From NCBI GenBank assembly GCA_964016885.1, contig OZ024743.1:313348001-313412000 (forward strand): DNA of 64,000 bases. Reading direction: 5' to 3'. The first letter of the stretch is position 1, and every line of letters begins with the position of its first letter. This DNA is from Eledone cirrhosa. Lineage: Eukaryota. The notes under the pieces were generated by a model that ran no database searches, was not told the origin of the DNA, and worked only from the letters and a program-made list of their open reading frames with translations. The position numbers were made by a program, and so were the translations under genes. This document shows, one piece after another, positions 27,408 to 40,960 of this stretch.

Positions 27408-27471
<64 letters not shown>

Positions 27472-28299
27472 AAATAATGAATAAAACAAAGAAACAGTTC
27501 CTTATTAAACAAAAAAAGTTCATTATTTTACGATCGTTTCTAGGACATATATGTGTTAGAATTGGCATGCATATTCAAAAGATCTATGTACAAAATTATA
27601 CAAACTATCAAGGAGAATATACATACCATCACATATATATGCTGTCTTCAGAAATAATGAAGTACATTTATTGATAATAACAACAATTCAAAATTACAGG
27701 TCTGTTTGGGAACAGATTTTAAATAGACCAATGAAATACATAAAAATTCATCAAGAAAATACAGTTAGGTGTGTGTATATATGTAAGTAAATTCGTTCAC
27801 AGATATGCATAAAATTGTATGTTCATATGCATACGCATGTCGAAAAAGTGTATGTAAATATAAAATACATGCATACACACACACGCACATACACATAAAA
27901 CACACATACACATACGAACACACACATACACACACACACACACACACATACGTATATAATATTATTATAACTATATGGATATTGAGGCGCTCACATAAAC
28001 ACGCCCAACACACTTACATTTAGATGCAGATTTAAAGGAGGTAAGGGAGTAAGTAATTAAAGGAGAGTGTCAAACTCGGCATATTTATAAAAATGTATCT
28101 ATAAAGTTAGAAATAAAAATTTTTTTTTATATAGAAGGAAAAAACTTAAAAACGGGGGAACAAAAAATAATAAATAAAAGGGGGGGGGGGTACGTACATA
28201 CACAGACGCGAATGTCTCACAAAAGAAATATAAAAAAAACATAAAAAAAACATAAAAGAGAGACATAAAATATATATGCTTATACATACGCACATTTAC

Positions 28300-28428
28300 A
28301 CATCCATACGTTCGATACATACATACATACATACACACACATACACATACTTAACGTCACGCATATTAACCTGTTTGTATGCATATACATAAAAACAAGT
28401 AAAACATATACCCATACATATAAATATA

Positions 28429-28494
<66 letters not shown>

Positions 28495-28544
28495 CACACA
28501 ACACACATATATACATATATGTACACACACACATATACACACAC

Positions 28545-28589
<45 letters not shown>

Positions 28590-28602
28590 TATATACATAC
28601 AT

Positions 28603-28647
<45 letters not shown>

Positions 28648-28728
28648 TACACACAGACATACCCATGTATATATACACAACCACACACACACACACACTC
28701 AGACATACATATATATAGAAACATACAT

Positions 28729-28804
<76 letters not shown>

Positions 28805-28933
28805 AAATAAATACACAGTCAGACACTTATGCACATATATACACATACATACACACATCTCTACAAATACATTTACATACACATACATACATACACATAT
28901 ATATACACACACATATACATATACATATACATA

Positions 28934-28979
<46 letters not shown>

Positions 28980-29075
28980 CACTCATACATACATATTTAC
29001 ATGCGCACATATGTATTTTTATACTCACATACAAACACAGAAACATACATACACACTTACATACACATACATACA
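28300..29075. repeat. Compound (CA)n/(TA)n microsatellite block, representative of dozens in the window
   Basis: Directly visible dinucleotide tracts. These explain the YIYI, HTHT and CVCV ORFs. Confidence 0.95.
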
Positions 29076-29159
29076 TCCACGCTTACAAATACGAATAATT
29101 ATTGGGGGGGGGGGGAAGGGGATTAAAATTATTAGTGGGAAATAGTAAATATAGGTTTC

Positions 29160-30290
29160 AAGGAACATAGAATATTAATCTGCAGTTAAATCATAATATG
29201 TGTTTACAGAGTTGTGTCAGTATTAGGAAATGGTAATTGTAAGAAAGAAGGCTAATTTATGTATTTTAATATAAGTAGACTATTAATTATAGGTTAATTA
29301 AAGTAAAAATAGTTAATATATTAATTTCTAAGGTGTATACTACTTAGGTTAATATTATTTAAAGCGGAATTTTGAAGTTAAACAGTAGTAGAGTATTAAT
29401 TATAGCGTAACTAAAGTTAAACAGTAGTAGAGTATTAGAGTATTAGAGTATTATTTTGTAGTAGAGTAGTAGAGTATTATTTTGAAGTTAAACAGTAGTA
29501 GAGTATTAATTATAGCATAACTAAATTAAAAATAATTACATATATTAACATGATGGTATCAATTTTAGGAAATGAATTTTGTAATAGGGAAAGCCAAATT
29601 AAGTATTTCATCGGTAGTAGAATATTAATTATAGGTTAACTAAATTAAAAATTATATATTAATTTCTATAGTATATGTTAATTAGGTTTATAATAATTAA
29701 AGCAAAATTTTGTATTTTATCTATAGTAGAATATAATTATAGGTTAACTAAATTAAAATTAATCTATATATTTATTTGTAAAGAGTATATTAATTAGGTA
29801 TATATTTAAAAGTTTTTCTCAGTTTATGATTACACGATATTCTGCAATCCATCTGTATTAGAATTTTAATTATAAGCTAACTAAATTAAAATTATAGGTT
29901 AACTAAATTAAAATTAATTATAAATTAATTTCTAAATTGTATATTAATTAGGTTTATAATATTAAAAAGTATTTCTCCGTTATTAATTACACGGTATTTT
30001 GTTGTATTTCATCTGTAAAGAAATTTTAATAAAAGGTTAAATAAACTAAAATTAATCTATATATTAATTTCCAAAGTATATATTAATTATGTTAATAATA
30101 TTTAAATGTTTTTCACAGTTTATGATTATACGATATTTTTTAAAAATTTCATCTGTAGTAGAATTTTAATTAAATTAAAATTATAGGTTAACTACATTTA
30201 AATTAATTTATATATTAATTTCTAAAATATATATTATTATTAATTAGGTTTATAATATTTAAATGTTTTTCTCAGTTTATTATTACACGA
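29160..30290. repeat. Diverged AT-rich minisatellite (units of about 120-155 bp)
   Basis: Recurring gtaga(a/g)t(a/t)ttaattataggttaactaaattaaaa and taattaggtttataatatttaaa blocks. Confidence 0.75.
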
Positions 30291-30743
30291 TATAATTAAT
30301 TCCTGTCGCTTATTTAATAGGATATCCTTAGATTTCATAATTTCAAATAGTTCTTGGGAACACAATCTACATTCATTTCTATTATTTTGATAAGGGGTGG
30401 CTCTTTTGAGCACACTCCAGGTCATATCATATTCTATATTCTTATTTCTATAACTATTAATTTTTTCTGCTAGAGATGTTGTATTAGCCAGTGCGGCATT
30501 TTTAAAACTATGTTTGTGGGTATTAAACCTTACCTTAAAATTGTTAGAAGTAGCTCCTATATATGAGCAAATAGAATCTTTAGTTTTAACTTTACATTTA
30601 TAAACTATGTTGTTAACAAGACAATTTCCTTTTAATGGGCAGTTTGCTTTGTTTCTACAGTTACAACCTTTCGTTAATTCTGTATTTGAGGAGATATTAT
30701 GGTTAGTTTGATGTATTGACTCTGTATTCCGTTTATCTTTCAC
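30240..30743 (-). pseudogene. 5'-truncated PLE GIY-YIG endonuclease ORF
   Basis: CNCRNKANCPLKGNCLVNNIVYKC..YIGATSNNFKVRFNTHKHSF..CRLC..LLNKRQE. Confidence 0.9.
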
Positions 30744-30845
30744 CGAAAGTGATTTTTGAATGCATCTCTTCTTTCCATGATATCCGGATTACATTGAGTT
30801 CTTCATACGGATTGGACACTACCGTAAACTTTTGGTAGATTTATC

Positions 30846-30897
<52 letters not shown>

Positions 30898-31747
30898 TAT
30901 ATTCTACGAATCGACATTTAAAATGTCATATTGATCTTAATCATTGGAGGTTGTTTCTAATTAAACCGTGGCATTTTCACAAGGTCAGTAAATATACTTT
31001 ATTATTACGAAAAGTACTTCTGTATCATTCACCCAATTCTTTGTACACTTGTAGAATATAACAAGAAACTAAACACAAAAGATACAGCTTGATTCTAAGA
31101 ACAGTAATAAATAAAGATATGTGGTATTTCTTTGTATACATTTGTCTGTGTTAATACACTTAGTTCAGTTATTCTTTGTTTTGCGTTTAAGAAAATTTAT
31201 TATGACAGACAGAAAAATATAAACACACCACCAATTAATCACATTGCTAGTATTCATTAATATTATTTTAAATTTTCTGTTTCTCTGCAGATGTGTAGCT
31301 AGAAAGTTTCAATTAAAACAAAATTTAATATAAACAAAGATTGTTGTGCTAATAAAAATCAAAAACAACCTGATGAATTCGTTAAAACTATTTAGATTAC
31401 GAAAAGAAAATATTTGGAAAACGATATTGACGCTTTTAATTCTGGATTCACACCGAATATTGCAGAAAGTCTATAATGCTTTTAGAGTTTTCAAAGCTAT
31501 GAGCAAATTAGATTGGAATGTTTAGATAACTCACGGATTTAGAGTTTATTATGGAATTGGGAATATTTCTACATTAATGGTGTCTGGTGTCCAGAGGAAT
31601 CTAATTGCATATTTATTTACTTATTTCACACAATTTGGCAAATATATCATCATATCAGAATATTGAAGATAAGATAATTGAATGTCAAAAGAATATTGAC
31701 TTTATTACGATTATAGTCATTTGCATATGTCTATTTCTCTCTTTCCT

Positions 31748-31850
<103 letters not shown>

Positions 31851-31879
31851 CAAATATATATATATATATATTATATATC

Positions 31880-31959
<80 letters not shown>

Positions 31960-32475
31960 ATCTTCATATATAGACCACGTTAGGGATTTTCATATATGGA
32001 ATTAGGTATATGAACAAAAAATTACTGATGAATCAATACTGGTGGTAGTTTTAAATATATTATCACAACGAATTAGCCACTAAAGTCACACACACACACG
32101 CACACACGCACACACACACCACATAAAACACACACGCACACGTACGCACATACATACCACACATACACACACACTCACATGTATATATGTGTGCGTGTGT
32201 GTGTATGTATACATAACTCTGTCTGTGAAGCCACTTGGTTTAGTAACTACAATGTTCGGCTCATGATGGCAAGGTGACGATTTCCATTCCTACCAGTGCG
32301 TTGTCTTCTTCAACAAGACATTTTCTCTTCATGCTGTGGCAGTCCACACATTTCAAAACGTCGAATCTACGTTATGAGTGCACCTGTTTGTGGAATGTTC
32401 AGTTCCTTGTCTCTTAATCTCACAAGCAGGCTTTTCCGTTGTTCAAACAATTGGAACACTCTTAATCGAAATCTA

Positions 32476-32506
<31 letters not shown>

Positions 32507-32539
32507 CACCTCTGTGTATGTAAGTATACACGCTTGTTT

Positions 32540-32820
32540 AAAGTCTATCTCGAGCCCGTAAGCTCATTCCTTAGGCAGGTGCTTATCTCGGATTCCCTGT
32601 CGTTAAGTGACTGAGAGTTTAAGACCCCCCCCCCCTCCACAGTCGGTTGCAGGGTTAACCCCCCAGCTATTGCTGGTAGTCTTTTTCAGCGAAGTATACT
32701 GGAACTATGTGGAATGATGTGGTTTGCTCAAGAACACAACACACAACCTATCCAAGAATCGAACTCACGACATTATGATCGTAAGTCAAACACCCTTACC
32801 ACTATGCCACGCGCCTTCAC
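32540..32820 (-). mobile_element. Second tRNA-derived SINE family
   Basis: The minus strand starts gaaggcgcgtggcatagtggtaagggtg...gagttcgattc (A and B boxes). A degraded relative lies at about 7985-8210. Confidence 0.65.
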
Positions 32821-34646
32821 TTTATTAACTTTATGACGCTTTATAAAACAATGTACGTTTGATACTGCAATCTTTACTGAAATATGAAGATTTGAATCCT
32901 CCTGCTAGAAGTGTATACAAAGCATTTGACTCCAGAAATTTCAAATTTTCCCATTGCTTCTTAACTCAACCGTTTTATTTAGAAGATACCTGTTAAAGGT
33001 GCCACACAGTGGAACTGAACTTGAAACCAAGTACTTTCAAAGCGAACTACTTAAACCTAAAACCACGATTGTGCCTGTGTAATTTATTATTGAAGAAATA
33101 AACGAAATCTTGCAATTAGCAGTGGTAATTTACAAGCAATATATCTTTATATTTATGGAATTTATCCTTATGTATATATATGGAATAACACATCGACTCT
33201 TAAAAAGGTAACATATAACACAATCTCATAAACGATACAACTTAAGATTATACAAACAAATAAAAATAACAACAGAAAAACCTCATTAGCGACAGAACTT
33301 CAAACAGTAAATGATTTATAACGAGATATTTCTTTCATAAATTAAAGAAAATATAACGAGAGAATGAAAATATAATACATAGCCTGAAGGTTGATATATA
33401 GAAAAATCTGAAACTAATTAAATACAGAAAAATTATAAAAGATAGAAAAATACATTTACCAGTAATTATATAACATTTAATAAAAATGTATATATCCTGA
33501 ACATTATATAAATATATATATAATAATAAAGAAATAAAATGAACAAGATTGCCATTTGAAAAAAGGACCAACAAAAAAACAAAACAACAAAAAAAAACTG
33601 ACCCTGATTTGGGATATGACAGATTATATTCCATCTAGGATCGATGAAATAAAGTACTAACCAAGAACTGAGGTAGATATAATCGACTCTCTCATTTCCC
33701 AGGTCGCTGGTCTTGTGTCTGAATGAGAAGCAATTATTAAAAGATTGATCGTTAAAGTATCAGATTAAATTATTCGCAGTAATGTCTTCCGGATGTTTAA
33801 GTGCTGATTTCAAATCCCACTGAGGTCAACTTCTCCTTCCGGGGTCGATAAAGTAAAGTACCGGTGAAATACTGAGGTTGATATAATCTGCTTTCTCCTC
33901 GCCACCAAATTAATGACCTTGTACCTAATGTAGAAACCTTTATTAAAAGATGGATCAGGGTGCTGAACTTGTAGAATGAGTAGTGCATCGGATAAAATGC
34001 ACCACGGTATATTTTCTGGCTCTATATAATCTTATTTGATATCCCGCCGTGATCTACATTCTCTTATTGTCTTCTGGGCTTGCTAAACTATATTATCAGT
34101 AAAGGATTGGGGCCGATGTAATCGATTTTTACTTCTCCATAAAATTGCCGGCCCTGTAAATTAAATAAGCACAATTGTTATTAAACCAAACCCTAACTCT
34201 AGCGAACAATACTACAGAAGGGCGAATTTCACAAAAGTCCCAGATTTCAAATAATAAAAATTTAATATCTTATAAACTCCCCTGCTTTAAAGTAAAATAT
34301 TTTATGTTCAAAATTTAAAGATCGGCTTCTAAATGACTTATACGCGGCTCATTTCCACCAGTATAACCTGGAAACTTATTCAGTTCATTCTTTTGAATGA
34401 AATAGTTCTAATCTTGTAGAAGGTATTTCTATATCAAACTTGATATATATATATATATATATACATATGTGTAACCCAGGTTTAATCGGGGGTACCCACA
34501 GTAAGTAAGGTACTCAATTCATAGCAGAGTATAAATGTTTAATATAGAAATGGACTACTGGACTAGAACTATTTCCTTCGCCGGAAATCACCAGGAAAGG
34601 GCTTTATTGATGATGTCTTTCGAATGAAACACTTCTAGTCCCGTAG

Positions 34647-34736
<90 letters not shown>

Positions 34737-35524
34737 AACAAATATAAGACAGCGAACGAAAACAAAGCAAAACCAAAAAGATTTTTTGAAGGGAAACATG
34801 AAAAGAATTTTCTTAAAAATAAAAATACAAACGAAACACACAGAACTCCAAGGTCTTCAACCGGCGAGATGGCCTTCTGGCAGGTTTGACCCCTACCGAC
34901 CGTACTTGCATTCTTTGCACATTATCTCCGGTTAATGATTGATATATTTATATGTATGTCAATCGCTTTTAATTTTATAATGAATGTTCAGATTTATTCC
35001 TTAGAATCTTTCTTGGAGCTTTTTCTACGTGTGGTATGGCGCATATCTGATATTTTCTTACATATGACTTCTTCATTTTTGTTAGTAATATAAATATGCT
35101 CCTTAATATTATTTAAGTAGAGCTTTATTCAGTTAAAAGGTTTTGGCTGCTATTTCTAGGTGTCGATATACGTCATCGGGACAATGCTAAAACGCAGTGG
35201 TTCTTTCCTAATTTCATGTGCATTTTCGACAGTCTCTGATTTATCTAAGCAGTGCAAGTTCACATAGTTCGATTTTCTGTCTCACCAATGATCCAAAAAT
35301 TGACTATTGAACTCCACTATTTAATGGTGAAAACTATTTCTAAAGCAATAATGGAATATGTATGAGAGAGCATAAATGATTAATGCCAGGTATCGATATT
35401 TGAAGTCTTTGTTAAATTTAAATATGTTGCCTTTTGTAATTATTTGTTCTTACATTCTTTGCAAATTATCTCCGGTTAATGTTCGATATATTTATATATA
35501 TGTCAATAGTTTGTAAATTATATT

Positions 35525-35562
<38 letters not shown>

Positions 35563-35663
35563 GATATATATATATATATATAGATGTATCTATATATGTA
35601 TATATTTATACATATATATAGATGTATCTATATTTATATATATATATATATATACATATATAC

Positions 35664-35735
<72 letters not shown>

Positions 35736-35765
35736 TGGGATTTTAGTCTTCAAATTTATTTTTAT

Positions 35766-35821
<56 letters not shown>

Positions 35822-36088
35822 ATAAAAATAAATTCTACGGCCTCGATATGAATACCACACGTAGAAAAAGCTCCAAGAAAGATTCTAAGGAATAAATCTG
35901 AACATTCATTATAAATTCTACGGCCTCGATATGAATACCCCCTCCGCCTCCGTGGTATTTTCTTCGTGGTTATAAGAGGCTTAGCTCTGTTTCTCGACCG
36001 TTATATCGCGTGACTATCTCCCCCTCCGCCTTTTGGGATTCTTTCTCACGTCGTGTAGACGCGTTCTTGGGACTAGTAAAATGAGGTA

Positions 36089-36176
36089 TCCTCTTGATAA
36101 GTCGGCAGACCTCGCAAGGACTCTATATCTTTGATATATTGTTTTTGTTTATGCCACGAAACTACGTAGTCGAGGA
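36089..36176 (+). ncRNA. Hammerhead ribozyme, U3:A8 core variant
   Basis: tcctc TTGATAA gt-c-ggca..tgcc-ac GAAA ctacgtag TC gagga. Predicted cut after 36171. Confidence 0.8.
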
Positions 36177-36679
36177 ATTTAGGAACAGTTTAGGTATGAT
36201 ACATTTTATTACTAATTATATCTAAATGTTTCTTCTCTCTTCATAATGTATTTTTAACTCTGATACTGGTTCAGTCTGGTTCAAACTGAATTGGTCTGTC
36301 CCAGTCATTCATTGAGCAACATCGGTGAAGTTGGCACCCTTAATTCACAGTTGGGTGCGGATGCATTCATGTATATATGTGTGTGTCCGCATGTATCTGT
36401 GTGTTTCTAAATATATTAATAACTCCCTCTGGTCGAGCAATCTTTGAGGCGTGGGGACAACTGGAAAGCTTCCATTACTCATACTTCTCGCCTTCTTCAC
36501 TACCTCTTCTACGGCCTCGATATGAATACCCCCTCCGCCTCCGTGGTATTTTCTTCGTGGTTATAAGAGGCTTAGCTCTGTTTCTCGACCGTTATATCGC
36601 GTGACTATCTCCCCCTCCGCCTTTTGGGATTCTTTCTCACGTCGTGTAGACGCGTTCTTGGGACTAGTAAAATGAGGTA

Positions 36680-36767
36680 TCCTCTTGATAAGTCGGCAGA
36701 CCTCGCAAGGACTCTATATCTTTGATATATTGTTTTTGTTTATGCCACGAAACTACGTAGTCGAGGA
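36680..36767 (+). ncRNA. Hammerhead ribozyme, U3:A8 core variant (second unit)
   Basis: Identical to 36089-36176. Predicted cut after 36762. Confidence 0.8.
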
Positions 36768-36998
36768 ATTTAGGAACAGTTTAGGTATGATACATTTTAT
36801 TACTAATTATATCTAAATGTTTCTTCTCTCTTCATAATGTATTTTTAACTCTGATACTGGTTCAGTCTGGTTCAAACTGAATTGGTCTGTCCCAGTCATT
36901 CATTGAGCAACATCGGTGAAGTTGGCACCCTTAACTCACAGTTGGGTGCGGATGCATTCATGTATATATGTGTGTGTCCGCATGTATCTGTGTGTTTC

Positions 36999-37050
<52 letters not shown>

Positions 37051-37056
<6 letters not shown>

Positions 37057-37690
37057 ATATTAACAAATAGAAACGATATTTATAAAACCATATTTATTTC
37101 ATTATACATATTTCAAGGGCCACCAGAGCAAACTATGGTGCGCTTTCATCAGATAAAATATAATATAGGTTAGTTTTATAAATAAATATTGACATACCCT
37201 TAAAAAATGTAACCATTCTGGCTGGAATCTCCTGGATAGTGGAGTTATTAGATTTATTGTTGGTTTATTATGCAAATTAGTGTTGGAAAGGTTTAAAAAC
37301 AGTATATTTAAATTAAGCCGTTGGAATAGGGAAAAAAGAGAAAAGAAAGAGAAAAAAACCTGAGTATATTTAAGTGAGAGAGAATAGCGTAATTTTGAGA
37401 GAAGAGGCGAAGAAATAAATATAGCGAGATTCCAACCAGAATGGTTACATTTTTTAAGGGTATGTCAATATTTATTTATAAAACTAACCCATATTATATT
37501 TTATCTGATGAAAGCGACCATAGTTTGCTCTGGTGGCCCTTGAAATATGTATAATGAAATAAATATGGTTTTATAAATATAGTTTGCATTTGTTAATATA
37601 TTGTATATTTACTCCAATAATTTGTTGAGTGCTTTATATCAGTTATAAAAATATTTTGCTTGTTGTATCCAAACAAATTAAATATAACCT
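37051..37690. mobile_element. Fold-back element (family C) with two intact HHRs (37096-37159 minus, 37498-37560 plus)
   Basis: Inverted arms of about 180 bp, a spacer of about 195 bp, and a tail matching 9763-9850. Both arms carry CTGATGA...GAAAtatgtaTA. Confidence 0.85.
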
Positions 37691-37717
37691 CTCTCTCTCT
37701 CTCTATATATATATATA

Positions 37718-40366
37718 GGTGAGGGAAATAATACCTGTCTCCCCGAGAGTGTTGAGGGTGACCTTCAATAGGAACCCAAGACTGGCAGTCATCTCACCCT
37801 ATAGTCCAACAAAGGTGATGTGAGTGTAGAAGAGTTCCACGAGGAGGTGTGCAGAGCTGTTAACACCACACAAGCTCACAACATCCTGCTTGTTCTGGGG
37901 ACCTTCAATGCACATTTGAGTAAGGAGAGCAGTGAAGATCCTTGCTGGTACTTCCATAACAACACCAACCGAAATGGAAGACTACTGAGAGACACCCTGC
38001 TGGAGGCGAACTTGATAGCAACTAACCTAAGGTTTAGGAAGAATCCGGGGATGATGTGGACCTACATCTTAGATATGCACCTGTCCAAGTACTAGATAGA
38101 TTTCATTCTGGTGAAGAAACAGTGGCGGAATAGTGTTCTGAACACAGAACCATACAACTATTCCAGTACACTGCGAAGTGACCACCGGCTTGTTATGAAT
38201 GCGGTCCGGGTGAGCTTAAGAAAAAGCAAGGCTCAGCCCCGGAGAGCAATCTATGACTGGGGAGCTTTCAAGGAAAATGATAAGCTACAGGTGAGGTTCG
38301 CAGTAGAAGTGAGGAACAGGTTCAATGCTCTGTGTGGAAAGGCAGAGGAGTGAGAGAGAGATTGAGGGACTGAGGAGGTACGGGTACTTCACCAATGCAG
38401 TGGCGGAAGCAAGTGAAACCCTGGTGCCGAGGAGAAAGAACAAAAGGAAGCACGTCAGCTCTGCAGACCCAAAAGTGTGTGCAGCCAGAGAACACCTAAA
38501 AGCTGCCAAGGACCAATTCTATGCTGATAGTACGGAGGAGAAGAAGGAGAATGTGGAGGTGATGAGGGAAGCACACTGTACTGCTTATACTGAGGCCAGA
38601 GAAGAGGCACTGATATAGAAGATCAGAAGTGTGGAGAGAGCGGTTGGCAGGTCTGGATGTAAGGATAGCTGGGTGATCATCAAATAGATCATAGGGAGGA
38701 AGAGAAGGTGTTCAAGTCAGATCCAGGGAACAGGGCCCGAGGATAGGAAGGAGAAATGGCTGGACCATTTTAGGACCCTACTAGGAGAGCCGCCCTCCAC
38801 AGCCCAGAACACTGGGGAGATCAGGCAGCTGTTTGAGGAACAGGATATTGAGACAGGGCCCTTCACCAGACAGGAGCTTCAGAGAGCCGAAAAGAAGCTC
38901 AACGGAGGCAATCCTCATGGAGAAGATGGAGTGGCATCAGAGGTGATGAAGAGGTGTTATTTTGATATCATCCTGGTGTTCTGTAACCAGGCACTGGAGA
39001 AAGTAGTTGCTCCGAATCAGTGGAGGATCAGTAACATCGTGCCAGTGCCAAAGAAGGGAGATCTCTTTAACACCAACAACTACAGGGGGATCTCACTGAC
39101 GTCACTTGTGGCAAAGACCCTCAACAGGATGATTCTTAACAGGATCCAGCCCGAGATGGAGAAGAAGCTCGGACAACCAGAACGGCTTCAGAGAGGGAAG
39201 ATCAACCACCAGTCACATCCTGTTGCTGAGGAGGTTATTAGAGGGAGCTAGAGAGCAAAGTGCCTTCCTGCGGTCATGGTTTTCATTGACTTTAGGAAGG
39301 CCTTTGATTCTGTGGACTGTCACTGCCTGATGAAGATCTTACAGGCTTATGGAATCCCCAAGAAGCTAGTGGACCTGATATCACTGCTCTACACCAACAC
39401 CAAAGCCCAAGTCATTACACCTGATGGAATGACAGAGTTCTTTGAGATACTGGCTGGAGTGCCCCAGGGAAATACATTGGCTCCCTACCTTTTTATCATC
39501 GTAGTGGACTATTGTATGCGCCTTTTGCTGGAGAAACAACATGACTCTGGCTTAACTGTAATAGCAGCTCAGAGCAGGAGAGTTAAGGCAAAGAAATATC
39601 GGATGCTGAATTTGCGGACGACATAGGTTTGGTGACAAAGACAGTGAAGGAGGCAGAAGATTTGATGCAGGATGTGGGGACTGTGCCGATGAGTGTGGGA
39701 CTGAAAATGAATGAGATTAAGACAAAATATCTGGTAGAGAATATTAAGAAGTCAGCGAAGATTACTAATGTAGGCGGGAAGCCGCTAGAATTGGTTGAGG
39801 ACTTCCTGCATTTGGGAGCAAAGATTGGGAATACGGAAGATGATGTGGTCGGGAGGCAGAGCAAAGCCTGGGCGGCGTGCCACAGCTTGAGATCGGTGTG
39901 GAAGTCGGACCTTCGTGTAGACCTGAAGATCCGCCTCTTCGTTGTTGTAGTGGAGTCTGTGGTGCTGTACGGGTCTGAGACTTGGACACTGATCAAGAAA
40001 CTCACTCGGATGGTGGATCGGTGCTACACGAGAATGCTGAGGATGCTGCTGAACATTAATCAGTATACACTGAGGTCGAAGAACTCAGTGCTGTACGAGA
40101 GCCTCCCAAAAGTCAGCTCAAAAGTGACACAGAGGAGACGGAGGTTAGATGGACATGTTCTCCAACATCCAGAGTTGACACTGCACTCAGTGCTCCTGTG
40201 GGAGCCCCTGCATGGACACACTGGAAGAGGAAGACCGAAGTTAACATATGTTGATGCGAGAAGGACAGACACTGGTCTGTTGGAGACGCAGGACATGACA
40301 GCGATGATGAGGGACAGAGACCGCTGGAGAGAAGTCGTCAATGGATCTCGGGAATTTCCCCCCTAG
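37718..40366 (+). mobile_element. RTE-clade LINE, 5'-truncated and disrupted (APE endonuclease plus RT)
   Basis: LVLGTFNAH, SDHRLV, IVPVPKKGDL..NYRGISL, FIDFRKAFDSV, GVPQGNTLAPYLF, VLYGSETW, RGRPKLTY. Multiple stops and frameshifts. Confidence 0.95.
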
Positions 40367-40579
40367 ATAGATATATACAGAATAGGAGCGCACAACTTTA
40401 CATACACACTAACACACACACATACAGACACACACACACACATATACATACATATATATATATATATATGTGTATGTGTGTGTGTGTGTATGTGTAAAAA
40501 GTAAACAGGATTAACAAAGCAAACGACACAGTATATTGACTAAATATATTAGTTTAACGCTTGAAATAACAGAAAAAGA

Positions 40580-40615
40580 GTCTTAACATTTCGGACACTA
40601 GTCCTTCATCAGAAT
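40580..40615 (-). ncRNA. Minimal hammerhead core (family G)
   Basis: CTGATGA a-ggac-tagt-gtcc GAAA tgt TA. A homolog at 55855-55892 shares the tail. Stem I is weak. Confidence 0.6.
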
Positions 40616-40859
40616 ATAGCAGTAGAAATAAAAGATAAAACAGAAGGATAAAGAGTGAGAAGAAGAATATATATACATATATGATCATGTCATAACTGGA
40701 CATATACAGAATAGGAAAGCACAATTTTACACACATGCACACACACATATATATATGATATATATATATGTATATATATATTATATATATCTATATATAT
40801 TTCTATAGGATATGTATATATAATATATATATATATATAAATGGAGAGTAAGAGAAAGA

Positions 40860-40960
<101 letters not shown>

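Larger units (their letters stand above)
35916..37005 (+). mobile_element. Retrozyme-like tandem repeat, period 591 bp, about 1.85 near-identical copies
   Basis: ttctacggcctcgatatg at 35916 and 36507. One HHR per unit. No recognisable coding capacity. Confidence 0.85.

Noticed and set aside
28280-29145. Long ORFs of [12 protein letters not shown] and LSLS type here and throughout
   Set aside because: These are translations of dinucleotide microsatellites that lack stops. There is no protein signal.
31370-31410. CTGATGA...GAAA spacing
   Set aside because: No UH cleavage site and no stem I or III pairing.
31274-31600. Good splice acceptor (tttctgtttctctgcag) suggesting a host exon
   Set aside because: All three frames stop soon after it and no recognisable peptide follows. 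A UTR or lncRNA exon cannot be excluded without RNA-seq.
34909-35507. Direct repeats of about 55 bp, 544 bp apart, as another retrozyme
   Set aside because: The repeat is real, but I could not fold a convincing hammerhead between the copies.
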